Shown piece after piece: positions 51,343 through 61,430 of a stretch of DNA of 64,000 nt. How positions within the stretch are numbered: position 1 is the stretch's first letter; every line of letters starts with the position of its first letter. The notes beneath the pieces are model-generated. The model worked only from the letters and a program-made list of their open reading frames with translations, made no database searches and was not told the DNA's origin. The DNA comes from Escherichia phage JN01. Location: the sequence record MN882542. One strand, written 5' to 3'. The translations under genes and the position numbers were made by a program.

Positions 51343-52086
51343 ATGAGTAGTATTATTGCATTTACTGGAAAAGCACGTTCTGGAAAGGACACCTCATGTT
51401 CTATTGTCAAGAATATCTTAGAAGATGAGTATGGCTACAATGTTGCAGTAATGGCCTATGCAGACAATCTTAAGCTATCTGCATCAAAGATATTTGACTT
51501 GACGTGGAATGACCTGTACGGAGAAACTAAAGAGACTCCACAGGTTTTTGATTTATCATACCCTGAACTTATGAGTAAAGTTACAGAAGCTATGGAGTTC
51601 ACCTTCAGAGATGAACGTTACCATATGGACTTTAAGCTTATGTCAGAGTTAACCGGACGATTAATCATGGAACTTAAGAAGGTTGCTAAGCCAACTCTAT
51701 TGACACGTCTGGGATTTAGCAAGAAGTATAAATTCTCATCAAGACAAATTCAACAGATTTGGGGTACTGAAGTTATCCGTAAAGTTATGGGTGACAAGTT
51801 CTGGGCTAAAGACCTTGAAAAAAGAATGGTAAACTTCTTTGACGTTTGCTCACTTAGAAATCAAGAAGGTGTTGTTTTAATCAGTGACTTAAGGTTTGAC
51901 TCTGAAGCTGAGTGGCTGAGCAGATTTGCACACCAAATTATTGAAGTAAAAAGAGACAATTTGGACAAGGTTTCATCACATGTTTCAGAAAATGGAATTT
52001 CTACCAAATATGCGCGTGACATTATTCATAATAATGGTACTCTTGAAGACCTTGAAAGCAAGCTAAGAGCTATCCTGAAAATTTAA
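51343..52086 (+). CDS. deoxynucleoside monophosphate kinase (T4 gene 1-like), putative
   Basis: P-loop FTGKARSGKDT at the N-terminus; 247 aa. Confidence 0.6.
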   Translation: MSSIIAFTGKARSGKDTSCSIVKNILEDEYGYNVAVMAYADNLKLSASKIFDLTWNDLYGETKETPQVFDLSYPELMSKVTEAMEFTFRDERYHMDFKLMSELTGRLIMELKKVAKPTLLTRLGFSKKYKFSSRQIQQIWGTEVIRKVMGDKFWAKDLEKRMVNFFDVCSLRNQEGVVLISDLRFDSEAEWLSRFAHQIIEVKRDNLDKVSSHVSENGISTKYARDIIHNNGTLEDLESKLRAILKI

Positions 52087-52094
52087 AAGAGAGA

Positions 52095-52295
52095 ATGAAG
52101 ATGAGAGTAAAAGATAATTTTAAAGTTATTGACCATCGTTTAGTGGAACTCTCATCTCTTTCCAATGAGGTAATGATTGAACGTCTTAAGAGAGTTGAAT
52201 CACGAAGGAAAGAGATTGCAGATGAAATTCATGAACTGGACAAGATTGAAAATGGATTGAAGGCAGAACTACAACGAAGAGGTGCTAATGTCTAA
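52095..52295 (+). CDS. hypothetical small coiled-coil protein
   Basis: 66 aa ORF with ATG start. Confidence 0.45.
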   Translation: MKMRVKDNFKVIDHRLVELSSLSNEVMIERLKRVESRRKEIADEIHELDKIENGLKAELQRRGANV

Positions 52296-54273
52296 AGGTC
52301 GTAAATTGAAAGAGGCTGGTCAGTTTATTGGTCATTGTGCATGTCCACGTTGTGGTTCATCAGATGCTGGTTCAATCTACCATCATGACGATGATTCTTA
52401 TTCGATGACTTGCTTTAGCTGTAACAAAGGTTTCCCAGAGTGGGATTTTGATAAAGGACAAATCGTGAGCACTTATTCTACTGGTTCAGATAATAAAAAC
52501 CGTACTTTCCGTGGAATGGATTTAGACGATGTAAAAGAAAACCTAGAAGCAATGGACTTGAAAGACAGGAAGATTCCTGCAAAAGTCCTCGAACGCTTAG
52601 GTATCAAGGCTGACATTGACAGTGACGGCGAAATTGACGCACATTTCTATCCAACTTACAAACGTAATGAAGATGGCAAGCTAGAACATGTTGGCTATCG
52701 TGTTCGTCACCGTTACCCAGAAGACCATCCAAAAGAACACCTACGTGGTAAGTTAAAAGACTTTTCAGGTGGTGTTGGGGACATTAAAGGTGAACTGGCA
52801 ATGTTCGGTTCATGGATTGCTCCAGAAGGTGGTAACCGTCTATTCATTTGGGAAGGTGAGATGGAATGTGCCACAGCAATCTACATGACTTCTCTGGCGA
52901 TTAAAGATAAGTCTCGTCGTAAGAATTACTGTCACGTATCTGTTCCATCAGGTGCAAACATTAAGTCTATCAAAGACAACTATCAGTACATTACATCATT
53001 TGATGAGATTTACTTGTGCTTTGATAACGATGAAGCAGGTGCTAAAGCTACCAAAGAGGCTGCTGGCATCCTACCTATTGAGAAGGTTCGTTTATTCCAG
53101 TATCCAGAAGGTGTAAAAGACCTTAACGAATGGTGGACAAAGTTCTATAAAGAGAAAGACACAGTTCTGGAAGGATTTAAACAGCGTATCTACAACGCAC
53201 CTCGTTACTGTCCTGCTGGTATCAAGAACTTCGCAGATGGTTTTGAGGCAATGAAGAATCGTGGTCAGATTCCTTTGATTCCTTTCCCAGAATCTTTCGG
53301 GGATTTGAACAGGTTGACTTATGGTGGTTATGGTTTAGGTGAGATTACAACTCTGGCAGCACCATCTTCAGTAGGTAAATCAGCATATACCCGTGAAATG
53401 ATTTACACTGCTTGGAAGGAAACCGATTATAATATTGGTGTAATTCCTGTAGAAGATACCTATGAAGAGTTGATGGAGATGCTCTGTGCAATTCATCTGA
53501 GCAAGCAGATTTCTGAGATTCCTTATGACGAACGTGATTGGGATGAATTAAAGGAAGCACACGCAGAACTATCTAAAGGTCGTCGTATCCACATCGTAGA
53601 CCATCAAGGGGCAATTGACCAAGATAACCTGCTGGAATTTGTTGACTATCTTGTTAACAGTTTAGACTGTAAGATTATTATTCTTGACCCTATTACGTTG
53701 GCTCTGTCACGTTCAGATACGGATGAAGAGGAAGTTTTGTCTGAACTATTGCGTCGTTGCAAACGCTACCAGTATGCGCAGGTAAACGTATGTCACGTTC
53801 GTAAGAGTGCAGGTGGTCAGAAAGCTAACTCTGAAGGTGGAGATATCTCTGAAGAGGATATTAAGGGTTCTGGTGCATACTTCCAGATTTCCATGAACAA
53901 CATTCTGTTAATGCGTAACAAGGTTGACCCAGACCCTGTTAAGAAAAACTTGACAAAAATCAAGTTAACTAAGTGTCGTCGTCATGGTAAGTCAACAGGT
54001 ATTGCTGGTCATACTTGGTACAATCCAGATACAGGCCGCCTTATCAAAGCTTCTGGATGTGGTGTTGACATTGATGGTGCAGCAGAAAATATTCGTCAAC
54101 AGTTTGGCATTGGTGAAGCTGAAGACCATTACGATGACTCTTTACCTCATTATGAGGATGAAGTGTTTGACCGTGAGACTGGTGAAGTCTATACTGAAGA
54201 ACAGCGTCAAAGTTCAACAATTCCACCTGTATTAAGCGAGGATGCAGATGACTGCCCGTTCGAAACTGAGTGA
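52288..54273 (+). CDS. bifunctional DNA primase-helicase (T7 gp4-like)
   Basis: N-terminal zinc finger CPRCGS...CFSCNKGF; Walker A LAAPSSVGKS in a DnaB-like helicase domain; start at ATG 52288. Confidence 0.85.
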   Translation: MSKGRKLKEAGQFIGHCACPRCGSSDAGSIYHHDDDSYSMTCFSCNKGFPEWDFDKGQIVSTYSTGSDNKNRTFRGMDLDDVKENLEAMDLKDRKIPAKVLERLGIKADIDSDGEIDAHFYPTYKRNEDGKLEHVGYRVRHRYPEDHPKEHLRGKLKDFSGGVGDIKGELAMFGSWIAPEGGNRLFIWEGEMECATAIYMTSLAIKDKSRRKNYCHVSVPSGANIKSIKDNYQYITSFDEIYLCFDNDEAGAKATKEAAGILPIEKVRLFQYPEGVKDLNEWWTKFYKEKDTVLEGFKQRIYNAPRYCPAGIKNFADGFEAMKNRGQIPLIPFPESFGDLNRLTYGGYGLGEITTLAAPSSVGKSAYTREMIYTAWKETDYNIGVIPVEDTYEELMEMLCAIHLSKQISEIPYDERDWDELKEAHAELSKGRRIHIVDHQGAIDQDNLLEFVDYLVNSLDCKIIILDPITLALSRSDTDEEEVLSELLRRCKRYQYAQVNVCHVRKSAGGQKANSEGGDISEEDIKGSGAYFQISMNNILLMRNKVDPDPVKKNLTKIKLTKCRRHGKSTGIAGHTWYNPDTGRLIKASGCGVDIDGAAENIRQQFGIGEAEDHYDDSLPHYEDEVFDRETGEVYTEEQRQSSTIPPVLSEDADDCPFETE

Positions 54274-54529
54274 TAGTTATAAAAGAGAGGGGTTTATACC
54301 TTTCTTTGAAGAAAAAAGTTTAAATGAATTTCAGGAAGAGTGTTTGACAAAGATTGATAGGTTCTATAGAATGCTCCTCATGAAATGCAATGGGGAGGTT
54401 GAGATAAAAGAAGATTTCTACCAAAGCACGATTACAGTCATCGTTGCACTGCCTAAGCATAATATCAGTTGGCTGTTTATAATTAAAGAAAATGTGTTTG
54501 AATATCAAGTATATCGGAGAATATCATGA
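54248..54529 (+). CDS. hypothetical protein
   Basis: Overlaps the primase-helicase 3-prime end by 26 nt; start uncertain. Confidence 0.3.
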   Translation: MTARSKLSDSYKREGFIPFFEEKSLNEFQEECLTKIDRFYRMLLMKCNGEVEIKEDFYQSTITVIVALPKHNISWLFIIKENVFEYQVYRRIS

Positions 54530-54675
54530 AACACTCTAAAGCATTTGAAAAAGTTTTTGGGGATTCCTTAAAAGCCACTGCTGGCAAACCAGCAAAATAC
54601 TATGAAGAGAAGCGTGTAAGAACTGGAAAAACTGCACGTAAAGCAGCTTCTAAAGATAAGCACAACTTCCAGTAA
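54526..54675 (+). CDS. small basic protein (49 aa)
   Basis: ATG with GGAGA Shine-Dalgarno 5 nt upstream; lysine-rich. Confidence 0.35.
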   Translation: MKHSKAFEKVFGDSLKATAGKPAKYYEEKRVRTGKTARKAASKDKHNFQ

Positions 54676-54682
54676 TTAATGT

Positions 54683-54711
54683 TTGACAATAGAGTATCAA
54701 CAAATTAGAAT
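54683..54711 (+). promoter_or_regulatory. sigma70-type promoter (TTGACA, 17 nt, TAGAAT)
   Basis: Consensus -35 and 5 of 6 -10 at ideal spacing, upstream of the SSB-like gene. Confidence 0.55.
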
Positions 54712-54747
54712 TGGTACTCTTCATAAATTGAGATAGAGGTTTAAATA

Positions 54748-55605
54748 ATGTCTAAAGTTGTTAAAATGAAAGCTCCGGTAGAGAAGTACAACGGTACTGA
54801 ACGTCAAACTCTGCGTTACCTTCTGAAAGATGTTTGGTTTTATTACCTGAACACTTCACCACGTCCGGGAAAAGGTAAATCCATTGATAAGAAATTCCCA
54901 GGCAAAGACTGTAACTACAGTGTTTCAATTCTGGCAGAAGATGGTAACAAGCTGTTTAAAGAGTTCACTAAGTCTAAGAAAAACCCAGAAGGTTGGGATA
55001 AAGTTACTACTGAAGCAGTTGATGCAGATGACTTTGAAGAGAAGTTTGGTTGCAAACCACCATTTGAAGCAGACACTTACTACATCTTGAAAGTAAGTCG
55101 TGCAGCAGCTTATAAGGATGGTGCTGTGTGGACAGCTAAACAGTCATTCCCTGTAATGCTGATTGAAGAAGTAAATGGTAAGCGTGTAGCTGTTAAGCAG
55201 CCGATGAAGAAAATCAAAGCTCAAGCATCTGATAAGCATGAAGATGACAAGAACTATGATGTAATTCATCCAGATATCGCAGTTGGTAACGGTTCTTTTG
55301 GTAGTGTGATTCTTTCTACTCACTTCTACACTTTTGAGAACAATGTTCTGACAAAACCTATTCAGGAACAGTTTATCATTGATACTCTTGTACCTTACAC
55401 TGGTGGTAACGGTGCTAATGGCGAACCTGAACTGGATGAAGATGAACTGGCTATGCTTGGTCTTGATGGTGTTGAAGATAACGGTGAAATCACTGAAGAA
55501 GATGCAACAGACCACAAACCTTCGAATGCTTCTGATGATGGTGATGATGAAGACTTGCCAGACCCAGATGACGAAGAAGATGAAGACTTCGATACAGAAG
55601 ACTAA
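54748..55605 (+). CDS. single-stranded DNA-binding protein (putative) with acidic C-terminal tail
   Basis: C-terminus DDGDDEDLPDPDDEEDEDFDTED; sits between primase-helicase and exonuclease. Confidence 0.55.
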   Translation: MSKVVKMKAPVEKYNGTERQTLRYLLKDVWFYYLNTSPRPGKGKSIDKKFPGKDCNYSVSILAEDGNKLFKEFTKSKKNPEGWDKVTTEAVDADDFEEKFGCKPPFEADTYYILKVSRAAAYKDGAVWTAKQSFPVMLIEEVNGKRVAVKQPMKKIKAQASDKHEDDKNYDVIHPDIAVGNGSFGSVILSTHFYTFENNVLTKPIQEQFIIDTLVPYTGGNGANGEPELDEDELAMLGLDGVEDNGEITEEDATDHKPSNASDDGDDEDLPDPDDEEDEDFDTED

Positions 55606-55623
55606 TCTCTAAAAGTTACTTTA

Positions 55624-55650
55624 AAGCCCTGTACTTAGTATGGGGCTTTT
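55624..55650 (+). terminator. weak terminator-like hairpin
   Basis: AGCCC-N13-GGGGCT followed by TTTTTC. Confidence 0.35.
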
Positions 55651-55667
55651 TCATATGGAGAGTCACA

Positions 55668-56708
55668 ATGGAGAAGTATACACTAACAAAACTTCCCGAT
55701 TCAGTTACACATGTCTTTATTGATTCTGATAGTATTGCCTATAAAGGTGCTTGTGTAGTTGAGAAAGCAAAATACAAATATGTCAATAAACTCACAGCAG
55801 AAGAATCTGAACCATTTGATAATGCAAAAGATGCTGCAAGATGGTTAGCAGACCAGAGAATCCTTGTAGAAGAGCTTGGCCTAGCATTTGATGAAGATGA
55901 ATGGGAAAGACAGACTTGGAAAGAAGCTAAGAGTGAAAAAGAAGCTATAATGGCGACTCAGCAGGTTCTTCAGGAATGGCTTAAGGTTGTTGGTAAAGAA
56001 AGAACTTGGGTAGGTTACTTAACAGAGAAGGGTGTACATAAACATAAAGACATTAAAGGTCTTGAGCACCAATATCAAGGTAACCGTAAAGAGGCTATCA
56101 CACCAACACACTTAGTTGCTTGTCGTGAATATCTTTTATCCAGACCAGAGTTCAAGCTCTTAAAGGGAGGCTTCGAAGCCGATTCCATCGTAATTGCTAA
56201 AGCTGAAAAGATGGGTAAGAAGGCTGCTCTTATGAGTATTGACAAAGACCTTCGACAAGCTGAAGGGACTTATTGTATTGATATGACTTATGAAAAGTCA
56301 CCACTAATTTTTATTGCTGATAATAATGTTGGTGATATCTGGGATTGTCCTATCAAATCAAAACCAAAAGCTGCAAAAACAGTTGGTGTAGGTTTTAAAT
56401 TCTTGTGTTATCAGGCTGTTGCTGGAGATAATGCAGACAACTACTTCGGCCTCAAAGGTGCTGGCAAAGTAGCTGTGATGAAGGCTTTAGATGGTAAAGA
56501 GACCTACAAAGAGTGTCTCGATGCTATCTATGAACTCTATGCTAAAAAAGAGTCTTACACCTATGTATCATGGGATGGACAGACTGTTACAAAAACGCCA
56601 TTAGAGTTAATGGAACAGCATTTCTGGATAGCATATCAAGAGAGAAATCCAAAAGATAATTTCTCTTTTAAGAAATATAATTGGGAGCCGTGTATGAATG
56701 AAGATTAA
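55668..56708 (+). CDS. 5-3 exonuclease (T7 gp6-like)
   Basis: Blocks SIDKDL and GDNADNYFGLKGAG parallel T7 gp6 SCDKDF and GDITDGYSGIAGWG. Confidence 0.65.
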   Translation: MEKYTLTKLPDSVTHVFIDSDSIAYKGACVVEKAKYKYVNKLTAEESEPFDNAKDAARWLADQRILVEELGLAFDEDEWERQTWKEAKSEKEAIMATQQVLQEWLKVVGKERTWVGYLTEKGVHKHKDIKGLEHQYQGNRKEAITPTHLVACREYLLSRPEFKLLKGGFEADSIVIAKAEKMGKKAALMSIDKDLRQAEGTYCIDMTYEKSPLIFIADNNVGDIWDCPIKSKPKAAKTVGVGFKFLCYQAVAGDNADNYFGLKGAGKVAVMKALDGKETYKECLDAIYELYAKKESYTYVSWDGQTVTKTPLELMEQHFWIAYQERNPKDNFSFKKYNWEPCMNED

Positions 56709-57195
56709 AGGATTTGGCAATTGTCCTACCTATGGTCATTGGGTATCTTTATGCGGGGAAGTTGACCCCGCTAAACATTTTGGTTTTGTCTATTTAGTAT
56801 ACTGTAAGAAAACCGGACAATATTATATTGGAAAGAAACAGCTTAATAGCGTGACCAAAAGAAAAGTTGCTGGTAAGACTCGGAAGAAGGTAGTCACTAA
56901 GGAGAGTGATTGGATGACTTATGAGACTTCTTCTGAGTATATTAAAAAAGATATCGAGAGCTTTGGAAAAGAATTTTTTGACTTTTACATTATCCAAACC
57001 TACTACACAAAAGGTGGTCTAGTTTATGGTGAAGCAAACCTCCAACATAAATTCGATGTAATGACAAAAAGGATTGACTCTAAGCTCAGACTCTTCTACA
57101 ATGCCAATATTGCAGCAATTAAGTTTATTACTAAAGAAACTTATGAAGATGCTGAAAAAAGAATCCATAAGGTAATGAAAGCAAACTGTGCTTGA
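56698..57195 (+). CDS. GIY-YIG family endonuclease (putative homing endonuclease)
   Basis: GIY-YIG-like motif FGFVYLVYCKKTGQYYIGKK; free-standing between replication genes. Confidence 0.6.
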   Translation: MKIKGFGNCPTYGHWVSLCGEVDPAKHFGFVYLVYCKKTGQYYIGKKQLNSVTKRKVAGKTRKKVVTKESDWMTYETSSEYIKKDIESFGKEFFDFYIIQTYYTKGGLVYGEANLQHKFDVMTKRIDSKLRLFYNANIAAIKFITKETYEDAEKRIHKVMKANCA

Positions 57196-57216
57196 TAACT
57201 ATTGAGAGAGAATAAA

Positions 57217-57447
57217 ATGTTTAACAAAAGTAAAGCTGTGAGTCATGTAGCAAAGGTTGACAGCAAGATAGAAGAACTTGAGCGCATTCTTGCAAATGCC
57301 AGAGAGTCAATAATTAAAGAAGTTGAAGCTGTTGAATCTCAAATGCAGCACCTAATGCTTAAACGTCAAGAGTTACGTGAGCATCTGGAATATATTGAAA
57401 CACGAGAGCTAAAAGTTAACAGATTTTTAAGGAGTCCGAATGTTTAA
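57217..57447 (+). CDS. hypothetical small coiled-coil protein
   Basis: Track start is TTG; ATG 57217 with GAGAGAG Shine-Dalgarno. Confidence 0.45.
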   Translation: MFNKSKAVSHVAKVDSKIEELERILANARESIIKEVEAVESQMQHLMLKRQELREHLEYIETRELKVNRFLRSPNV

Positions 57448-58195
57448 CTCAAGAGAATCAGTAAAAAACTGGAATCTTCGTTGCGGAAACACCCAAAAGC
57501 AACCTTACAGTGATGAGTATTGGGAATCTTTGAAATCCCAGTCTCTGTGTATGCTTGAAGAAGCAAAAGAGCTTGTAAAAGCAATTGAAGAGAAAGACCC
57601 CATTGAGACACTGGATGCTCAGGCAGATTTGCAATATGTTCTTGACGGTCTAATTTATCTGTCACAACATGACCACAATGGCGCTATGGAAGCTGTTTGC
57701 CATAATAATGACCTGAAGTATACAGACGACTATGAAGAAGCTTTAAAGCGTCTTGCAGATGTTGAGAAGCGTACTGGTCAAGAGTGTATCATCAGAATGT
57801 CAGTGGTTGATGGTAAAGAGTGGTATGCGATTGTCCGTGCAGCAGATGGGAAGATTATGAAGCAATCAAATCTCCCTAAAGTACAGCTTGGTGAATACAT
57901 TGTAGAACTTGAAAGCCAAGAACTTTTTGTGGTAGTATCTGACACATGCGTTATCTGCAAAGGTATTGTATGTAGCTTAAAGGATTTGGGTGTAGATGGT
58001 TTTGTAGAAGTTAATCCAATTACCTCTAAAGCAGATAAAGATTTCTGTAAAGAGAATGGACTATGGATTGCAGATATTGTCTACTATGATGGTGAGCAGT
58101 TCCATGTAACCTCATACCCGAAACTGAATTATGATGCTAATAACCTGAAGTGCTGGTTAAAAGGGGTTGGTTATAATGGATTCACAGAACATTAA
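57440..58195 (+). CDS. hypothetical protein
   Basis: 251 aa; AGGAG Shine-Dalgarno. Confidence 0.55.
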   Translation: MFNSRESVKNWNLRCGNTQKQPYSDEYWESLKSQSLCMLEEAKELVKAIEEKDPIETLDAQADLQYVLDGLIYLSQHDHNGAMEAVCHNNDLKYTDDYEEALKRLADVEKRTGQECIIRMSVVDGKEWYAIVRAADGKIMKQSNLPKVQLGEYIVELESQELFVVVSDTCVICKGIVCSLKDLGVDGFVEVNPITSKADKDFCKENGLWIADIVYYDGEQFHVTSYPKLNYDANNLKCWLKGVGYNGFTEH

Positions 58196-58499
58196 TAAAG
58201 AAGGTGTGGCTCAGAAGAGCCACTTCTCAAACTACAATATTTCTATGACGGTGTTTATGTATGACCCGTTACTTGAGAAGTATGGTGAGACTCCAGATAC
58301 ACTTCTGGATAATGAACAAGTTTTAAAAGCAGTCCTGTACAAATATGGGATTGATATCGAGAAAGAGTATTCCTTTGAAATCTGCCAACACAGAAATACT
58401 TTTGGTAAAGTTGTGATGGCTCCACTCTTCATGGGTGTAGAAAGAACCGACTATGGTTGGTTATACCTAAAAAGAAACTTGGAGAAATACCGTGTCTAA
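58176..58499 (+). CDS. hypothetical protein
   Basis: Start moved to ATG 58176. Confidence 0.45.
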   Translation: MDSQNINKEGVAQKSHFSNYNISMTVFMYDPLLEKYGETPDTLLDNEQVLKAVLYKYGIDIEKEYSFEICQHRNTFGKVVMAPLFMGVERTDYGWLYLKRNLEKYRV

Positions 58500-58836
58500 A
58501 GCAAAAAAGTTATCTTATGATGACATTATCTCAGGTGCTAAGTTAGGTGTTGACAGTATCGGACAAGACGTTAAGCACGGAGACACAGTTATGTACTGTG
58601 ATGACCGAAGAGGGAGAAGTGCAATCTTGTTTGGAAGAATTGTTTGCAAGATGCGAGGTAATTACGTTGTTGCAGACATGGATGTGAACGTCACACAAAA
58701 ACTTGAAACACTTATGGATGATAATACATCATCATCATCATGGTTCTTCCTGAATTGTATGCACACTTCTTCAGTCACAAAAGTAAGTGATAAGTTTTAC
58801 GATATGTGGCAGAATGAGCAAATTTTCAAGATTTAA
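58492..58836 (+). CDS. hypothetical protein
   Basis: GTG start 5 nt after GGAGAAA; no in-frame ATG nearby. Confidence 0.45.
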   Translation: MSKAKKLSYDDIISGAKLGVDSIGQDVKHGDTVMYCDDRRGRSAILFGRIVCKMRGNYVVADMDVNVTQKLETLMDDNTSSSSWFFLNCMHTSSVTKVSDKFYDMWQNEQIFKI

Positions 58837-58842
58837 ACTAGG

Positions 58843-58864
58843 GAGCCTCTTCTGAGGCTCTTTT
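58843..58864 (+). terminator. rho-independent terminator
   Basis: GAGCCTC-TTCT-GAGGCTC followed by TTTT. Confidence 0.65.
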
Positions 58865-58882
58865 CACCTGTAGGATTTAAAA

Positions 58883-61117
58883 ATGATTAAGACAATTAAA
58901 AAATCAAACGGTACAGTAGTAAACTTTGACCCAGAAAGATTGAATAAGTGGGCATCATGGGCAGATAAGCGTGGTATTATCTGGTCAGAAGTCACTATGG
59001 AAGCTATGAAACGTGTCTATGAGGGTTGCACCACAAAAGAGATGCACCAAGCCATGATTGATGTCTGTGTTGATAAGCAAACTCAAGAGTACTCAGACAT
59101 GGCTGGACGGCTACTTCTGGGAATTATCTACAAAGAAGCCTTTGGAGGCTTTACTAAGGTTCCTACGCTGGTTACCTTCGTTAAAAATATGGAGAGAGCA
59201 GGACTTTGGGAGAAGATGGACTATTCTCAGGAAGAGCTTGAATATCTGCAAGGGTACATTGTGCACTCAAAAGATATCTCTTACGGTTATGCAGTCCTGA
59301 AACAGTTCAGAGACAAGTATGGTATCCGTGATATTAAAACGGGAAGACTTTTTGAGTCACCACAATTTATGTTTATGGGTATGGCTATGAAAGCCTTTGA
59401 GAAGCAACCAAAGCACCGTAGACTGCAAGATGTTATCAAACTGTACACTTACCTATCTGACCTGAAGATTAACGCTCCTACGCCTTATCTGAATGGTTTA
59501 AGAGCTACTAAATCAGGTTATGCGTCATGCTGTTTGATTAAGGCTAATGATACCGCTGAATCACTTGGTATTGCTGCAAAGGTTGCTTATGATATGACTA
59601 CAAAGCAAGCTGGTATTGGGATGCTGATGGAGACTCGCACTATTGGTGATGGTATCCGTCAAAACACTATCGAACACATGGGTAAACTACCTTATTACAA
59701 GCTTGTACGTTCATCTGTAGAGGCAAATAAACAGAAGAGTCGTGGTGGTTCAGCTAACAACTTCTACACTGCTCTAGACCCGCAGATTGAAGATTTACTA
59801 CGTTTGAAGCACCCTACAACGGTTCCTTCTAAACGTATTAACGAGATGGACTACTCATTTGGTACAAATGATTATTTCTGGCAGTGTGTTCAGTATGATA
59901 CAGATTGGTTGCTATTCTCTTACAAGGATGCACCAAAACTTTATGATATGTTCTACACCGCATCTGCTGATGAGTTTGCTATGGCAGTTGGTCACGCAGT
60001 ACATTCTGGTGTTAAGCACAGACGAGTAAAGGCTCGTGAAATTGCTAAACTGTTTATCCAGCAGCGTTATGCAACAGGTCGTGTGTATCCATTCTTCACA
60101 AATAATGCAAACACACATACACCATTTAAAGAACCTTTGAAGATGTCAAATCTTTGTATGGAAATTGTGTTGCCAGTGTACGGATTTGAGAAAGAGACAG
60201 ACCTTTACAGAGACGATGCTGTGAAAGAGGATGGTGAGGTAGCTCTTTGCTTCCTAGCTAGTTTGGTTGCAGGGAGAATTTCAGAAGATGAATACGCTGA
60301 CGTTGCTTATTATGCTCTTGCAATGGTTGACTCCGTTATTGACCTTATGGATTATCCGTATCCGTCGATGCGCAACCATGTTCAGAAGCGTCGCTCTGTT
60401 GGCATTGGCCTTACAAATGTGGCTCATTACCTTGCGAAAAACTATGTGAACTACTCTTCAAGAGCAGGTAAGACGAAGCTTCATGAGCTTGCTGAAATGC
60501 ACTCTTACTACTTACACGAAGCTTCTTTAAGACTTGCTAAAGAACGTGGTGTACCTGAGTATATGCAGTTCACTAAGTATCCTGAAGGTTGGGTTCCTCC
60601 GAAGACAGCTAACAGGAAGATTGATGAGAAGCATGATGCAAAACTTCGTTATGATTGGGATGACTTAGCACAACGTATTAAAGAAAATAGTGGAATCCGT
60701 AATTCTGTATTAGAAGCTTACATGCCTAATGAGAGTTCTTCACTGGCAACTAATACGACAAATGGCTTGTACCCAATTCGTGACTTTATTTTAACTAAAA
60801 AGTCTGCAACTGGTAACGTACTGTTTATTGTTCCAGATTACGAAGAGTTGAAGTATGTCTATGAAATTGCTTGGGATATTGACACCTTTGACCTGATTGA
60901 TTGTTATGCAATTGTTCAAAAGTTCACTGGTCAAGCTATCTCTTCAGATTTCTATGTTGACTACGCAAAAGCTAAGAAGGTATCATTGGCTCAAGCTTTG
61001 AAGTACATGATTTATGCCAACTCAGTGGGTATGAAAACCATGTACTACCTTAACAGTCGCATTGGTGTAGGTAAATCTGCACTGCAAGATGCTTATTGCG
61101 AGGGTTGTGGTGTTTAG
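58883..61117 (+). CDS. nrdA: ribonucleotide reductase class I large subunit
   Basis: 744 aa; active-site NLCMEIVLP; C-terminal cysteine pair CEGCGV. Confidence 0.9.
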   Translation: MIKTIKKSNGTVVNFDPERLNKWASWADKRGIIWSEVTMEAMKRVYEGCTTKEMHQAMIDVCVDKQTQEYSDMAGRLLLGIIYKEAFGGFTKVPTLVTFVKNMERAGLWEKMDYSQEELEYLQGYIVHSKDISYGYAVLKQFRDKYGIRDIKTGRLFESPQFMFMGMAMKAFEKQPKHRRLQDVIKLYTYLSDLKINAPTPYLNGLRATKSGYASCCLIKANDTAESLGIAAKVAYDMTTKQAGIGMLMETRTIGDGIRQNTIEHMGKLPYYKLVRSSVEANKQKSRGGSANNFYTALDPQIEDLLRLKHPTTVPSKRINEMDYSFGTNDYFWQCVQYDTDWLLFSYKDAPKLYDMFYTASADEFAMAVGHAVHSGVKHRRVKAREIAKLFIQQRYATGRVYPFFTNNANTHTPFKEPLKMSNLCMEIVLPVYGFEKETDLYRDDAVKEDGEVALCFLASLVAGRISEDEYADVAYYALAMVDSVIDLMDYPYPSMRNHVQKRRSVGIGLTNVAHYLAKNYVNYSSRAGKTKLHELAEMHSYYLHEASLRLAKERGVPEYMQFTKYPEGWVPPKTANRKIDEKHDAKLRYDWDDLAQRIKENSGIRNSVLEAYMPNESSSLATNTTNGLYPIRDFILTKKSATGNVLFIVPDYEELKYVYEIAWDIDTFDLIDCYAIVQKFTGQAISSDFYVDYAKAKKVSLAQALKYMIYANSVGMKTMYYLNSRIGVGKSALQDAYCEGCGV

Positions 61118-61172
61118 TTTTAATAACTATGAGGGTCGTAAAAGACCCTCTAAAATTAACTTTGGAGAAACT

Positions 61173-61430
61173 ATGAAAGACCTAATAGAAAAACATGAGA
61201 GACCCATATACTTGTTCTACAAACCCCGCAAAACATTATACTACGTGAGCAGCACAGGCATCATGATAAAGCAGAATGATGACTTATGGGTCACTGGAGC
61301 CTCTTACATCTCTACAGCAGATGGTAAAATCTACGCAAGACCTTATGAGATGTTCAATGAAGAAAATTGGGAAGTTTTAGACAGAAAACAAGCCTTAGAG
61401 ATGATAAAGAAAGGAGAAATCACACTATGA
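61173..61430 (+). CDS. hypothetical protein between nrdA and nrdB
   Basis: ATG 61173 with GGAGA Shine-Dalgarno; ATGA overlap with the nrdB start. Confidence 0.45.
   Translation: MKDLIEKHERPIYLFYKPRKTLYYVSSTGIMIKQNDDLWVTGASYISTADGKIYARPYEMFNEENWEVLDRKQALEMIKKGEITL

Noticed and set aside
40702-61117. Group I introns or inteins in thyA, the DNA polymerase or nrdA
   Set aside because: These genes read as continuous ORFs of normal length with motifs in the expected order; no in-frame interruptions seen
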